Shown here piece after piece: positions 62,944-64,000 of a stretch of 64,000 nucleotides of DNA. The notes under the pieces are model-generated. The model ran no database searches. It had not been told where the DNA came from and saw only the letters and a program-made list of their open reading frames with translations. Source of the DNA: Isurus oxyrinchus (Eukaryota); the NCBI GenBank assembly GCA_026770705.1, contig JANJGN010000010.1, forward strand, positions 46,996,001-47,060,000, written 5' to 3'. The stretch's first letter is position 1, and every line of letters begins with the position of its first letter. Position numbers and translations under genes: made by a program.

Positions 62944-63071
62944 AACGAGGCTAGAGTCACATCCTGACATTCCAGTTGTTTTGGTGTGCTATAGTTCTCG
63001 AAGAGTGAATACTACATTTATTCACTGGCTGGAGTTTCTTGTAGCAGTCAGTTACCAAGTTAGTGACACTG
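62944..63071 (+). ncRNA. SNORA3: H/ACA box snoRNA, SNORA3/SNORA45 (ACA3) family, in RPL27A intron 3
   Basis: cgaggctagagtcac...gtgtgctatagttctcg hairpin, hinge aagagtgaa, ttattcactggctg...cagtcagttacca hairpin, ACA at 63066-63068 three nt from the end. RPL27A is the known host gene of this family. Confidence 0.9.
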
Positions 63072-64000
63072 TTTAAATGGTATTATAACTTGCAACTTGG
63101 TGGTCAGGCTTTTCTTGACAGCATTGGAAAATGGTGTTGAATTGTTTCCTTTAAATGTGATGTACCTTGTCGACCTGTGTAAACGGTTGCATTAATTTAT
63201 CCCTACTGACTGGCTTGGCTAACTGAACTAGACAGATGCCTTGTACTTGTTTTTATGGCATTGAGTCATGCCTCAACTCATCTGACTTTATTTTGCAGCA
63301 CCTAGACTCTGCCACTTCTCTGCTGCATCTCTTATGACAATTGCTTTCTTATAGAATTCCCAACCTAATTTGTCATTCACCTTGTTCTATTTTTAACTCA
63401 TTTTATCTACTTTCTTCTTCTTAATTGGGTGCTTTTACTGAATTTATAAACATGATTGAGTGTACAGTATCACCTAATTGTTTAAGTTAATTTTAACTGC
63501 TGTTTAAAATCAGTCTTGTTACTTTCTGTACATGCTCATAGGAAGTTCAATGAGAATGAGGCTTGCCCCAGTCCAAGTTGAGTTCTAAATATTTCAAAAT
63601 TGGAAAGAGGTGAACTTCCTTGATGGACTATATAAAATATAAACTAAAGTCATTTTGGAAAGTTCATTCTAGAGGTGGAACTGCTATGAAATCCTCTAGT
63701 TAGCCTAGTTTTTATAATTTGTACAAAAATTTGATTAGATTTGGTTTGGTATCTCCATTTCTATATGTGCAGCTCATGAAACCTTGGATAAAAGTATGTA
63801 TGGCCGTTCCATTTTAACTTGCGTCTAGGGAAAGTGGGTGCCATATTCCTGGATTAAGAAAATGTTTACTGGCTCAAAGATTCTGAGAAAGCATCTGATT
63901 CCTAAAATTAACAGTATAGGTTTTTAAATATAATAGTGTGAAGGTTATTCCAGAAGGTTTAATTTCATGATTTATCCTAAGCTGATCACACTGAAGCTTT

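Overview
Eukaryotic genomic DNA from a vertebrate. The repeat families present (CR1/L2 LINEs, SacSINE1-like Deu-SINEs, Penelope, PIF/Harbinger, Gypsy) point to a cartilaginous fish, probably a shark; that assignment is inferred. About 60 kb is a dense, nested field of decayed transposable elements. The last ~3.7 kb holds the promoter and first three exons of RPL27A (+ strand, 5'TOP start) and an intronic SNORA3-family H/ACA snoRNA. The most unusual signal is at 3116-3271. There, a decayed ORF that appears to belong to an LTR retroelement carries an ungapped copy of the whole eIF4E-binding region of eIF4G (YDRxFLL...QKPxGL...SxxVLDK), suggesting capture of a host translation-initiation module. 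Other notable items are minimal hammerhead ribozymes in Penelope repeats, a tRNA-Thr-derived SINE with a 15-bp TSD, two template-switch rearrangements, a gag-integrase-only Gypsy relic and a tandem NRF1-like array in the RPL27A promoter. All calls were made by eye from remembered family motifs with no searches run; boundaries of old repeats are approximate.
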